Shown here: positions 49,786-62,284 of the stretch, piece by piece
How positions within the stretch are numbered: the stretch's first letter is position 1
Layout of the letters: the number at the start of each line of letters is the position of its first letter
Assembly (NCBI RefSeq): GCF_006345805.1
Contig: NC_043011.1
Coordinates: 28,098,464 to 28,162,463 of the forward strand
Direction of reading: 5' to 3'
DNA from: Octopus sinensis
Lineage: Eukaryota
DNA: 64,000 nt
Translations under genes and position numbers: made by a program
Notes under the pieces: model-generated
What the model was told of the DNA's origin: nothing
Seen by the model: only the letters and a program-made list of their open reading frames with translations
The model's database searches: none

Positions 49786-50404
49786 CTTGACAGCGTGAAC
49801 AACGTAGGGAAAAATCCAGTGTGTTCGGGTTGGTATTATTTTCTATATTCATAGCTTTTACTTATAAATTCTAACTGGAATGTTGAAGCATGTATTCTCC
49901 TCCAACTCCCTTATTGAAACTTGTATCTTTTAGTTTAACCGTGATATCGTCCTTGCGAACCATTATTAAATTGAACCTTATTATATTATCGTATGGATGG
50001 TGGGTCACTTCCATAACCTTAGCTTAATCTTTTGTCACTACAAGAAGTAATGCACCTGGGTGAAGAGGCCTCACAGTCATTCTCTACTGGGACCGTACGG
50101 GGATTTGCAAATTATCTGGCTAGTAATGTTCCTGTAATAACAAAACGTAGAGCTGTGATTGATTAGACTTTGGCGAATGGATCTTTCTGTTCTCCACCAC
50201 CTTTTCTCTTCTCCTTGGCTTTTTACAGTCTACTTTGTAAAACAACTATCACAAATGTGTCTTTTGTCTTGCACCATTGGTTGTATTCTCTTTTGTGCCT
50301 TCACCTAGGAATGCCGTTGTGAGCCTGAGTTGTCAAGAGAAGCTTACAAATGTAGACGCAACTCAACAGCAAGGCATTAGTCGTCAACTACGTATTTACG
50401 ATCC

Positions 50405-50783
50405 GACGCAATGGCCCAGTGGTTAGGGCAGCGAACTCGCGGTCGTAGGATCGCGGTTTCGATTCCCAGACCGGGCGTTGTGAGTGTTTATTGAGTGAAA
50501 ACACCTAAAGCTCCACGAGGCTCCGGCAGGGGATGGTGGTGATCCCTGCTGTACTCTTTCACCACAACTTTCTCTCACTCTTACTTCCTGTTTCTGTTGT
50601 ACCTGTATTTCAAAGAGCCAGCCTTGTCACTCTCTGTGTCACGCTGAATATCCCCGAGAACTACGTTAAGGGTGCACGTGTCTGTGGAGTGCTCAGCCAC
50701 TTACACGTTAATTTCACGAGCAGGCTGTTCCGTTGATTCGGATCAACTGGAACCCTCATCGTCGTAACCGACGGAGTGCTTCC
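50405..50783 (+). mobile_element. Full-length tRNA-derived SINE family C with 11-bp TSD
   Basis: A box TGGCCCAGTGG, B box GGTTTCGATTCC; TSD atttacgatcc at 50394-50404 and 50784-50794. Confidence 0.92.
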
Positions 50784-51064
50784 ATTTACGATCCACCCAT
50801 ATTGTACTACGAATTTGAAAACCAACTAGTTAATGATGCCACTACGGTAAACGGCTTTGTGCGTGTGAATCTTACTGCTCCGACCTGCTGTTTGCTCTCA
50901 TCTTACCCAGAAAGCCAAATGTACAAACTACCCTAGGTTTTTTTACTTTGATCAATGGACGATATAGTGTCACATACATCGGTGCTATCTATTTATAATA
51001 GTTTTGCATAAGCATGCAGAAGTATCACTTGTCTTAGACAGGCAAATTTCGTTAATTTCTCCCT

Positions 51065-51448
51065 TCCTTTTCTCTCCGTCGGTTACGACGACGAGGGTTC
51101 CGGTTGAACCGATCAACGGAACAGCCTGCTCGTGAAATTAACGTGCAAGTGGCTGAGCACTCCACAGACACGTGTACCCTTAACGTAGTTCTCGAGGATA
51201 TTCAGCGTGACACAGAGAGTGACAAGGCCGGCTCTTTGAAATACAGGTACAACAAAAACAGGAAGTAAGAGTGAGAGAAAGTTGTGGTGAAAGAGTACAG
51301 CAGGGATCACCACCATCCCTGCCGGAGCCTCGTGGAGCTTTTAGGTGTTTTCGCTCAATAAACACTTTCAACGCCCGGTCTGGGAATCGAAACCACGATC
51401 CTACGATCGCGAGTCCGCTGCCCTAACCACTGGGCCATTGCGCCTCCT
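51065..51448 (-). mobile_element. Full-length SINE family C, inverted relative to the first copy, 10-bp TSD
   Basis: Near-identical reverse complement of 50405-50783; TSD atttctccct at 51055-51064 and 51449-51458. Confidence 0.92.
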
Positions 51449-52384
51449 ATTTCTCCCTACATGTTGGACAAAGAGGTTGAGTGAAAAAAGAAGGCTTGTC
51501 ACATGCCCTTACCAAATTGGTTGCAATGGTCTTACTTCGTTTATTTGATTATCCGTGTTTGTTGCAGCGCACTCTAATGTATGTGTCTAGTCAAACCACT
51601 GTTGTTATTTACAGATTTTCTTTGTGTATTCAAGCCAATAATATCATTATTGTTTGTCAGAATGTAAATATTTTTCCTCATATGTCTTTATCACTGGAAT
51701 ATTGCCAATTTACTGGTGGGCGTGTTTGTTTATATTATTGAGAGCAGCACTCTGGCGATTACAACTCCGCGCTACTCTTATGCAGGAATCCATGTTGAAT
51801 TACGAGCCAGGAAAATGTTTACAAATATCAATATCTAAAACTTTATGAAAACAAAAAAAAACGTATTTTATCCACCCAAGGGAAAATGGAGTAGACTCAA
51901 GCATTCCAAATGCTTCCCTTCATAAAATATTCCACGGACCTTTCTTTTTATAGCAAATAAAATGTTTTAATGCCAAAAAAAAGAGAAAGAAAGAAGCTAA
52001 TATTTAAGTCCAGTGGAAAAGCTTATGAGATTACGCTGACCTCAGTACATAACTAGCATTCTAATTTATCCTCGCCAGTGGAATGACAAAAAAGTCAACT
52101 TTGGCAGATTTGAGCTCAGTACGAAAAGATCAGAAACTCAAAAACAACTCTGCATTTTTCGACGTTTTAACGATTAGGCTAATTACGACATGACAGATAA
52201 GCAAAAGGCAATCTACGACAGAAAAACCCTATCAGTTTAAATGTCTGTGTTGTATTACATGATGATATTTCGCTACTGCCCCTGCTACACACCCCTCCCA
52301 AAGGTTTCAGTTATACTGTAGCCTCTCACATGAGAGAATGAGTGCTAGTGTACCGCTTTTTGCTCAAAGACAAACAGTTTGGTT

Positions 52385-52534
52385 ATCAGGCGTGGCTGTT
52401 TGGTAAGAAGTTTGCTTTCTGACAACATACAGTTCCCCAGCGTGGTGCCTTGCACAAGTGCCTTCTTCTATAACCTCGGACTGACCAAAGCCTTGTGAGT
52501 GGTGTTAATAGACGTGAATTTTGAGAAGCCCATC

Positions 52535-52585
<51 letters not shown>

Positions 52586-52830
52586 TGTGCGCGTGCGTTC
52601 ATGTATATGTGTGTTTGTGTCTGCCTCTGTCTCTGTACATGTTCCCCCACCTTCGCTTGAGAATTGATGTTGGCGTGTTTACGTCCCCGTATATAGCGGT
52701 TCGCCCAATGGCACCGGTAGAATAAGAATTAAACTTAAACATTAAAAAGTACTGTGGTCGATTCATTCGATTGAAATTTTTCAAGGTGGTGCCCAAGCAT
52801 GGCCGCAGTCTAATGACATAAAGAAGAAAT
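52385..52830 (+). mobile_element. SINE family B copy
   Basis: aggcgtggctgtttggtaagaagtttgc...gcgtggtgccttgcacaagtgccttc...ccaagcatggccgcagtctaatgac. Confidence 0.8.
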
Positions 52831-52904
52831 ATATATATATATAAAAAAATAAGATAATGTCATTCTGAATGTGTCTAATAACATCGTATGTGCGATGAGT
52901 ATGA

Positions 52905-53128
52905 AACCTTTACTCGACTGGCAGAAACGTTAGCACGCCGGGCGAAATGCGTAGCCGTATTTCGTCTGCCGTTACGTTCTGGGTTCAAATTCCGCTGAGG
53001 TCGACTTTGCCTTTCATCCTTTCGGGGTCGATAAATTAAGTACCAGTTACGCACTGGAGTCGATGTAATCGACTTAATCCGTCAGTCTGTCCTTGTTTGT
53101 CCACTCTGTGTTTAGCCCCTTGTGGGTA
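52905..53128 (+). mobile_element. SINE family A, younger subfamily with long 3' tail
   Basis: ctggcagaaacgttagcacgccgggcgaaatgcgtagccgtatttcg...gggttcaaattccgctgaggtcgac...tttagccccttgtgggtagtaaagaaa. Confidence 0.85.
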
Positions 53129-54282
53129 GTAAAGAAAGGTCGATGTTTTGTTGTACAAAATTTCTGCCGATTCAGTGTGTGAATGAGTGAGTGAGTCTAA
53201 GTGTGTGTGTGAGGTGGGGGCGGCAATGTGTCCCCTTAATCATCAATCAGGAAACACTTTCTGAGATCTTTCAAAATACCATAATGCTATTTACGTCATT
53301 TCTATAGACTACTAGCTTGCTTCATGGATGCAGTGCTATGTATTAATATAATTATAAATTTAGTTATGTACGCGATATACTGAAAAGGCCAAAGCACTTC
53401 ACACATCAGTTTTGAAATCTAATGAAAATAAATATCATTTAGAAGCGATTTACTAATTTAGAAATATTTATAGCGTTAGTGTCTGTTTAAAAATCTTACT
53501 TTTGTTGTTCTGTATTTTCTAGTTTCACATTTCTACTTTCAGTTTCATTTCATGTTTTCTCTAATATGAATTTACTTTTGAATAATATTTAAAACGTATA
53601 TTTCTATATATTACACCATTATTTTCACTTGTACATTTTATGTGAGCCATAGCTATGTAACATTTAGATAATTAGGTCACAAATGAAAATTAGGAAAGTT
53701 AATAGTTACTATGAGACACACGCAATGCAGACGTCATTACAGCAATTTCGCGCCTTACTTAAGGAAACATATATTATCGGCCGGAGGAGTGTTCGTGATT
53801 GATTTTCCTACCGCAGGATCACTTTCTTCTGAATTCATAAAATGGCAAAGGAACATTATAAATTTTAGAAGACAGTTAAAAGGAAATAAATACATCAAGT
53901 ACATGTAAATAGCAGGGTGATGGAATGATATGTGAATTAGGGAAAGTTTCCATCAAAGCAATATTAATGATACGAAATAGATGTACTACTAGGAAATGAC
54001 ATAATATTAGGGAAATTTTCGAAGGATGATACAGGCTAATGGTTAATTAACTTTATTAAAAATAATGCTTTCCGATAAGAGGAAATAATCATTGCACATT
54101 TGAAATATGAGAGTCGAACATTAAGGAAAATTCGTTCCAGACATGTATAATCATGGTCTTAAATATTTCCAAGAGTCTTTGAAAACCATGTGATTATAAT
54201 ACTTTTTCAGTCATTAAACTAACTATGAATATTCGTATTACGGCATATCTGGATACTACATCTTTCAGACCACAAATATGTA

Positions 54283-54321
<39 letters not shown>

Positions 54322-54323
<2 letters not shown>

Positions 54324-55085
54324 TAGCAGCATAGCCCGGCGTTGCCCGGGTATGTAAGAGCCCCTAGTAGGCAACGACTAATCCCAATCTAGTCCTTTCC
54401 CTCTAGGGAACGAAGGCGCATGTGTAGGTTGCAATGTCTTCTCTTCACTCCCAAATAACTATCAAACAGCTATCGATAATTCAACCCAACCAATTCCTAC
54501 CAGGAAGAAATTACATTCGAGACTTTACCCCCAACACCGCCACTTCTGCTAATACCTGCTGCAGCCGCAAGTTATTCGAGTACTTTTTTTGTTTACACTT
54601 TCTTTATAACTACCACCCCAAACGTTTTACCTTAAATTTTTGACGTACCCTAAGGGTCCTCGGACGCTACTTGCAAACTCTTGGTTTATTATAAACCGCT
54701 TTTGTCGTGTGCACCAAAAAACCTTTTCCATTCGTTTGTTCAGTTTGGTCACTTTTGACTTTTTCGTTGTTGTCACTCACATTGCTGCCCGCTTTTTTGC
54801 CGTTTTTGTACATTTTTATACATTTTGGGATACTTACCCCACGTGTTCCGAGAGTTAAAAAGGTCGAGTTGCGTCCCCTAGACAGTCTGTAGAAAATGTG
54901 TTGCATATAAAAAGCTTAGATTCTCGACCCATGTCGAATTTATCGATTCTTTTTCAGAACTGGGGGAACTTTTCAAACTTTTCGCTGCGTTAGTTTTGAA
55001 TTATGACATTGGGCTATGTGTGTGTCAAGTTTCATCAGAATCGGATGAAAGCCGTGGTCAGGGTGAGGGTACAAACCTGACAATA
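54322..55085 (-). mobile_element. Non-autonomous Helitron (Lep1-like)
   Basis: Left end actagcagcatagcccggcgttgcccgggt is the reverse of the cccgggcaacgccggg hairpin + CTAG|T. Right end caagtttcatcagaatcggatgaaagccgtgg...gtacaaac. Confidence 0.8.
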
Positions 55086-55161
55086 TATATATATATATAA
55101 TATGAGTATATGCATATATACATACATATATGCACATACCTACATATATATGTGTATATAC

Positions 55162-55474
55162 ATGCATATATGGGTACAGGACATTAAAAAAACCTACACA
55201 AAATGAGAAACGAGAACATAAAACACAAAATGCGTGAAGGACTGTTTTAATGAAGTCGCGTCTTGTCCCTACCTCCGAAACTCGGAGTAGATAAAACAGG
55301 GCACAACTGATGAAGGAAATGCCATGCTCTTTATGTTGCCTGTCTCGTTTCTTTGGTTGTTTGCTTCTTTCGTTGTTCGAAAAATGTTCGTTTTCTATGT
55401 TTTTATTCTTTATTTTCTCGTTTCTCATTTTGTCAACGTTTTTTTTTGCTGATGTACTGTACCCATATATGCAT
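55162..55474. mobile_element. Inverted-repeat-bounded element containing hammerhead half-cores
   Basis: Arms 55162-55222 and 55410-55474 are complementary; internal ttaatga...ccGAAActcggagTA and then CTGATGA (55307-55313). Confidence 0.6.
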
Positions 55475-55574
55475 ATATTTATATATTATTTATATTATTA
55501 TATGATCGAACGCCACGCATCCATTTCCAAATAAGTTTTATATATATAAATATATATAGTGAGAGAGAGAGAGA

Positions 55575-55820
55575 GGCGCATGCGTGGTTTGGAGGTAAGG
55601 ACCTTACTTCCCAATCACATGGTTCCGTGTTCACTCCTTCTGCGTGGCACCTTGGAGAAAAATCTTTTGCTATAGCTACGGGCCGACCAAGACCTTGTCT
55701 GTGGATTTGGTAGACGGAAACTGAAAGAAGCCTTTCGTGTGTGTGTCTTTGTGCTTATATGCACCTCCCTCATACAACATCACATGACAACCAGTGTTGG
55801 TATGTAAACGTCCCTGTAAT
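55575..55820 (+). mobile_element. SINE family B copy (5' part)
   Basis: aggcgcatgcgtggtttgg...cccaatcacatggttccgtgttcactccttctgcgtggcaccttgg...gggccgaccaagaccttgtctgtggatttggtagacggaaactgaaagaagcc. Confidence 0.8.
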
Positions 55821-55829
55821 ATAAATTAC

Positions 55830-56680
55830 GCAAAAATAAAAATAAAAATGACATCTCATTTTAACAGATATATTTACCAAAATTACATAAAAATATCTTG
55901 AAGTACTAAAGAGTAAATTTATTCAATAAAATCACCATTGGCTTCAACCACGGCCCTCAGACGATTACGGAATCTTCTGCACCTCTTCTAGACGATCTCA
56001 GTGTTTAGGTTGGTGAATGCCGCCATAATCTTGCCAGTAGTTCATCATTGATGTTACAAAGAGTTTTGTTAGTCTTTAGCTCAACTGCGCCCCACACATA
56101 ATAATCAAGAGCTTGCAGTCTCGGCAGTTAGGTGACCAGATGTTAGGGGTGATGTAATCGCAGAAATTGTCTGACAGCCATGATTTGGTTCTCCTGCATG
56201 TGTGGTATGGTGTAGAGTCTTGTTGGCAGACATGGTCTTCCAGTAGTCACTAACGTGACCCAGGGCAACACTACCTCCCGCGGGCACTTGATGTAAGCCT
56301 CCGTGATGAGTCTGAGGCCGCATGGGAAGATGAATGGTGGCATAACGTCGCCATCACTAGTGATCACTCCAAACACCATAATGTTGACTGAATGCTTGAT
56401 TTTTATCACTCTCGGTACACGTCCTCAGATTGCACTCTCCTCAGATTGAAGTCCAAACACTCTGAAATGTTCGTATTGGAGCTTTTGGCGCGAATGCCAA
56501 GTAGTACAGCAAGTCGTTTACAAATTTCTGGCAGTGAATTGCATCAAGGTGCTGGTCTTCATACAGACGGTGCCCAACTGGCCCTATTATTCTGTATAAT
56601 CGACAAAATCAAAAAGAAACAATGCACATGCGCGAAATTAAGAATATAAAATGGTCACAATTTTCACATCACATCTTGTA
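55830..56680 (-). mobile_element. Internally deleted Tc1/mariner-superfamily element, DD37D (maT/Bmmar1-like)
   Basis: KHSVNIMVFGVITSDGDVMPPFIFP.GLRL.TEAYIKC..EVVLPWV, then the region corresponding to QQD...QSWLSDNFCDYITPNIWSPN..DC..LDYYVWGAVE. The 37-residue D-to-D spacing was counted on a family-type reconstruction, not this degraded copy. Confidence 0.75.
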
Positions 56681-56972
56681 TACATGTACATGTGTGTATC
56701 TCTCTAAACATGTATCATATATATATACATACATACACGCACAAACACACACACATATTTACACACTCTCAAATTTTTTGCAGGGATTTTAAAGTTTGTC
56801 ATTAAATATTTCTTGAGCGTTAAACTAATACATCTGTTTGTTGTTTACACACTCGTCTTCGTTTTTTGTAAATTCTCACTAGCTATCTATCTAGCTATCC
56901 ATCTACGTACCGACCTACTTACCTATCTATCTATCTATCTATCTATCCATCTACGTACCGACCTACTTACCC

Positions 56973-57032
<60 letters not shown>

Positions 57033-57127
57033 GTCTAACTATCTATTTATCTATCTATTAATCTATCTATCTGTCTGCCTGTCTGTCTATCTGTTAGTCT
57101 GTCTATCTCCCTGTCTATCTATCTATC

Positions 57128-57450
57128 CCAGAATGTTGAGGTGGTTTGGCTACATGGATAGAATGGATGAGGAGTGGATGGTAAGGAAGGTGATGAAGGG
57201 AGAAGTGGCAGGCAGTAGAACCAGAGGCAGACCTCGCTTTGTGTGGATGGATGGAGTGAAATTGATGTTGCTCTAAGAGGTAAAGAAACAACGTGATGCG
57301 GAGGGGGTAAACCAGCATTTGCTTTCGGGCCCTGCTGCTGATATTGACAGTTGCGCTCTACGCTTTGACCTGAGCATAAAACGGAGCTCGCATCCTTGAG
57401 ATGGGAAATGAATGGAATGCTTGGTGTGTGTCTTGTTGTGGTTACCACCT
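57128..57450 (+). pseudogene. RTE LINE 3' fragment
   Basis: RMLRWFGYMDRMDEEWMVRKVMKGEVAGSRTRGRPRFVWMDGVK is the typical RTE ORF C-terminus. Confidence 0.85.
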
Positions 57451-57521
57451 CCTAACATATATAAATACAGAGAGAGAGACAGACAGACAGACAGAGGGTT
57501 AGATAGATAGATAGATAGATT

Positions 57522-57617
<96 letters not shown>

Positions 57618-57784
57618 TGAAAACAATTATATTGAATAAGAAACAACATCTGACACATAAAAAGCACTTACACAACGTACCTATTCGTTTAGATTACCAG
57701 TGAACTAAGCCTCTCCTATTATATATTATTTTCTCTTCCTTTTTATTTTATTTTATTTTATTTTATTTCCCTGTTTATTTCTGT

Positions 57785-57912
57785 GTTCTTTTCTATCGAA
57801 GAGCGTAGGCTCGAAACGAAGAAAACTTTCTCACTTCCCGAGCGTTAAACTAATACATTTTTTTCTTGTTTACACACCCGTCTTCGTCTTTTGTCTTTTT
57901 TAAAATTCTCAC

Positions 57913-57915
<3 letters not shown>
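57785..57915 (+). mobile_element. Short repeat with a degenerate hammerhead (partial second copy at 56812-56880)
   Basis: ctatcga a gagc-gtag-gctc GAAA cg; tail gagcgttaaactaataca...tttacacac.cgtcttcgt...aaattctcacta is shared with 56812-56880. Confidence 0.5.
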
Positions 57916-57949
<34 letters not shown>

Positions 57950-58494
57950 AGGTTGCATAATGTTATGTTTTGAATAGCGAGTGATCAATAACGTTGTGAA
58001 TAATATCTTTTTTTTTTAACTGAAGTTGACAGCTTGTCTCACGTCTCGAGTTTCACTTGCGACTCGATACTCCACGTCTCCGTGATCATCTGACGGTGTT
58101 TTGAACATCACAATATAATGAAACAATTCGCATGACAAACTTTTAACATATTTTAGTAATAACAAAATAACTCTACAGACATACACAAACAAATATCTAT
58201 CTATAGCTGTTAACGAATATATGTGTATACTTCGTCTCTCTTTTGCTATTCATTTGTTTAAACCAATATAGAAATCTACATATTGATCAGACTTGTAGAC
58301 ACCCGGCACGTAATACATTTCATGATGTATTTTAGAAATGGTATATTAATAACTCCAAATATATCTGTAGACTCGTTTATGGAAACATAATGAAGTGTAA
58401 AAAGGCTAACACCTAAATTCTTACAAGATTACTCTCATTATTATACGTAGAGCAATCACCTCGTGGATATATATATAATACGCAATAAAACAAG

Positions 58495-58628
58495 GTCGAA
58501 CTACATTTTATACCGAAAGGATGAAGGCAAAGTCGACCTCGATAGAAATTGAAATCAGATCGTAGCGACGGACGAAATACCGCTAAGCATTTCGTCCACC
58601 GTGCTAACGATTCTGCCAGCTCGCCGTC
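58495..58628 (-). mobile_element. SINE family A copy
   Basis: ccgaaaggatgaaggcaaagtcgacctcg...gaaataccgctaagcatttcgtccaccgtgctaacgattctgccagctcgccg. Confidence 0.8.
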
Positions 58629-58678
58629 TAATAATAATAATAATAATAATAATATAATAATAATAATAATAATAATGG

Positions 58679-58731
<53 letters not shown>

Positions 58732-58756
58732 TGATGATGATGATGATGATGATGAT

Positions 58757-59194
58757 AGATGCAGTAGCAGGCAGTGGATTTCGTGGGTTTTGATCTTAAC
58801 TGATTGGAAGTATTATCATGTACATTGTTTTGTCTTGGTATAAAAGATGGGCTACAGCAAGTTTTCTGCTCAATACCACAGATTTGCTTGTCAGTTGTTT
58901 GACCATAACCAGTTGAGCATGTCTCTTAGTGGCTGACGATATGTGCATCTCTGATCACAAGCAGAAGTAGTGGGGGAGCATCATAGCCATGGGTTGAGGG
59001 GAATTCTTTGGTGTTTAAATAGTTCACCTCTGGAAACATCAGTGTATCGTTGAACATCCTTAAATAACCCTTATTCAGGGGCCTTTTGAGCGGGATGGGT
59101 TACTCGACCAAAAGTAAATTCTAAATTATTATTAATAATAATAATAATAATAATAACAATAATAATAATAATGATAACAACAACAACAACAACA

Positions 59195-59263
<69 letters not shown>

Positions 59264-59825
59264 TGATAATAATGCCCTGATGCAGTAGCAGGCAGAGCCT
59301 CTCGTGGCTTCTGATTGTAACTGGTTGGAAGTGTTATCATGTATATTGTTTGTCTTGGTATAAAAGATGGGCAACTGCAAATATTCTGCTCAATACCACA
59401 GATTTGCTTGTCAGTTGTTTGACCTTAACCAGTTGAGCATCTCCCTTAGTGACTGACGATATGTGCATCTCTGATCACGAGCAGAAGTAGTGGCGGAGCA
59501 TCATAGCCGTGTGTTGAGAAGGATTCTTTGGGGTTAGGATAATTCATTTCTGGAAACATGGTTTGTTTCGTTCAACATCCTTAAACGACCCTTATTCAGG
59601 GACCTTTTGAGCAGGATGGGCTAGTCGACCAGAAGAAAATTCTATCTGAGCACCACCTGCAAGGTCATGCGCTGTTTATCGTGATATGAGATCACCATGT
59701 CGCGCACATATGGTTGTGATGCATGTGCCTAGTATACCCTTATCAGACGGGTAGTCATGATGGGTCTACTGGGCTTCGTATATTTTACCCCAGTGTCACT
59801 TTGATCGCATGAACTGCGCTCTCAC
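58757..59825. repeat. Two direct copies of an unclassified interspersed repeat (family D) between AAT/GAT tracts
   Basis: 58757-59125 aligns with 59279-59645 (gatgcagtagcaggcag...ctgctcaataccacagatttgc...). The second copy extends to 59825; a third partial copy lies at 11062-11250. Confidence 0.85.
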
Positions 59826-59827
59826 TC

Positions 59828-59903
<76 letters not shown>

Positions 59904-59935
59904 TAATAATAATGATAATAATAATAATAATAATG

Positions 59936-59984
<49 letters not shown>

Positions 59985-59993
<9 letters not shown>

Positions 59994-60098
59994 CCATACA
60001 ATAACCATCAGAGCATCACAACAAATCACAGCACATACCCAAGGCACACAGAGCTGCGCTCGGTAGTGAAGTGAAAGCACGCTATAAAAATAAAACTA

Positions 60099-60101
<3 letters not shown>
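59985..60101 (+). mobile_element. 3' end of a third R4/Dong-like family in (TAA)n
   Basis: TLSIQ* ORF-end-like stub, short UTR ending aaaaataaaactactg, then (AAT)n; TAA tracts on both sides. Confidence 0.5.
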
Positions 60102-60136
<35 letters not shown>

Positions 60137-60157
60137 TAATTATAATAAATAATATCA

Positions 60158-60217
<60 letters not shown>

Positions 60218-60222
60218 TAATA

Positions 60223-60257
<35 letters not shown>

Positions 60258-62284
60258 TAATAATAATAATATATCTGTTGATTATTACCCTCTTATATTA
60301 CCGTTTTGCCTTGTTGCAACATTTCTTTCTCGACTACTGTTTTTTTATTTGATTTTTACGTTAATTTTTACTTTAGGTTTTTCTGAATATGACCATTCAG
60401 AGAGATGTTATGTCAACTAAACGGCAAAAATCGATCACGTTTATTTAATTGAAATATATGCGATAAATATCGACAGCACGAAACACTGGAAAGCCTCTCT
60501 TGACATCAATCGAATTTTCCGACGTTCTGTGCTCTACGTCTTGGTGTAATTCATCCCAACACAATTCTTCACTAATTATCTCATACTCCAGACTGAACAC
60601 TACATAAACCTTGAAGTCGGATTGTCTTCTTTTGGTATATATGCTGTACGCTTATATCTATTTTCTCCAATATTTCACTGAATACTTAAGTTGCTTTAAT
60701 ACATTTTTTTTTCTCTAAAGATGCTACCTGCCTCCATTTTATAACCGAATAAATTTAATCATTCTGTGCGATCGAACATTATTTTACTTGAATCTAGTTG
60801 ATTTCTAGTAATGTTTCTTTTAGATATTCCATATTATCCATAAAAAATATATTATTATAAATTATTTTATACATGCACATATACAGACGCACACATGATC
60901 AAATATAAGCTTGCATTCTCACTCACTCTCTTTCTCACACATACAAACACAAACAAACACACAACAGACACGGGCACGCACACATTTAGACATATCTTTC
61001 TCTCCAGCTGTAACAAACTTTCTCTTTCACTATCACTACCGATATATAAATGAATAGATTGCTTTGAAAAGTTTCATACACCGGTAATCTTATTCTTTTG
61101 TTTGTATGTTTTTAGTAGCATAAGTAAGTGTGTGTGTTTTCTTTTCTGCGCGTGCGTGTGTATGTAAATAAATCTATATATCTCTTTGTATATCATTCTC
61201 TTTGTTAGAGTACCGCGCCACTCTTTCTCACTCTAAGTCACTACCTTTCCGTATATGAATATATGTTGCTGTTTCACAGATGATATTCTTTGCTCGTTGT
61301 TTTTCTTTAATGTGTGTGTGTGTGTGTGAGTTTTCTGTTTTGTTACTGAATTCTGGTATCTATTTATTATTCTAAATGTTCTATTTGCTATGACATGTTC
61401 GCATAATTTCATTTTACATAAGAACGTTAATATCAATCTCATATTTTCATACCATTTCTAGTTTATCTACTTCGATATACAATTTTTCCAATATCGGATT
61501 TTTTTCTCTCTTCAAGATTTGTCTTTAAATTGTATTTGCTATACCCCACCATGATCATGGTGGCTGATATATGTTCACATTAGCTTGTCCTGTCTATATT
61601 TTGCATTTTATACTGGTAGAAATTGAATTTCAAATAACTTAATATCCTTATGCAATAGTAACTAAGTAGATACTGTTTCGACCAAATGAATGGTTGTCAA
61701 CGCATATCTAATTACTGGTATTACATGACGTGGAGAAACATAATATATTGTTCCTATTGTTGTTGCTGTTGTCTATTACCTAGTATGCCCCAATATCAAG
61801 ATCGTATCATATCAAAGTGAGCCTTCGTAATAAAACGACATGAGTTCTAATGGCCTGCGTAATATTTACTCATTTTGAATATTACTTATCAATTTCATAT
61901 TACACCTACAAGGAATTGAATATTTTGCTCAGTTACTAAGGTAAATAGTTTGCTTAAGAGAATGCTATGTCACTTTTGAAAGTCTCAAATATCGACTAAG
62001 CTTTTTCTTTGCACCGGTTAAGATTGTTGCCAGCAGAATTTAGTAACAGAGAAATTAATACTACGGGTCTAACGTTTTGATTAATGATATCTTCAATGGC
62101 GCCTTAAAGTTATCCTTTTCGTCAGAAAGCAGCATTTGCTCGTCTCCTTTGGTTTTGAAAGGCGCCGTAATAGATGTTTTTAAGTTATTGGTTGCCGTTA
62201 CAGCATCCTGTGAGAGCCGAATCTGATTATCGATTAGAGAGATTATATTTTCAGAGAAATGATAATCTCGTTTGGAATAATATA

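Noticed and set aside
50405-50480. tRNA-gene-like segments (also SINE A/B heads)
   Set aside because: They continue into SINE bodies with TSDs and lack a full cloverleaf and terminator, so they are not tRNA genes.
50230-50936. ~95-codon + frame restored after removing the SINE at its TSD
   Set aside because: The opposite strand shows RTE-like traces (KAVYRS.II..L.F), so this is probably an antisense shadow and no product is recognisable.
55025-55045. tcatcag in the Lep1-like Helitron, and ctgacga in family D copies
   Set aside because: Part of those families' ordinary sequence, with no HHR fold.
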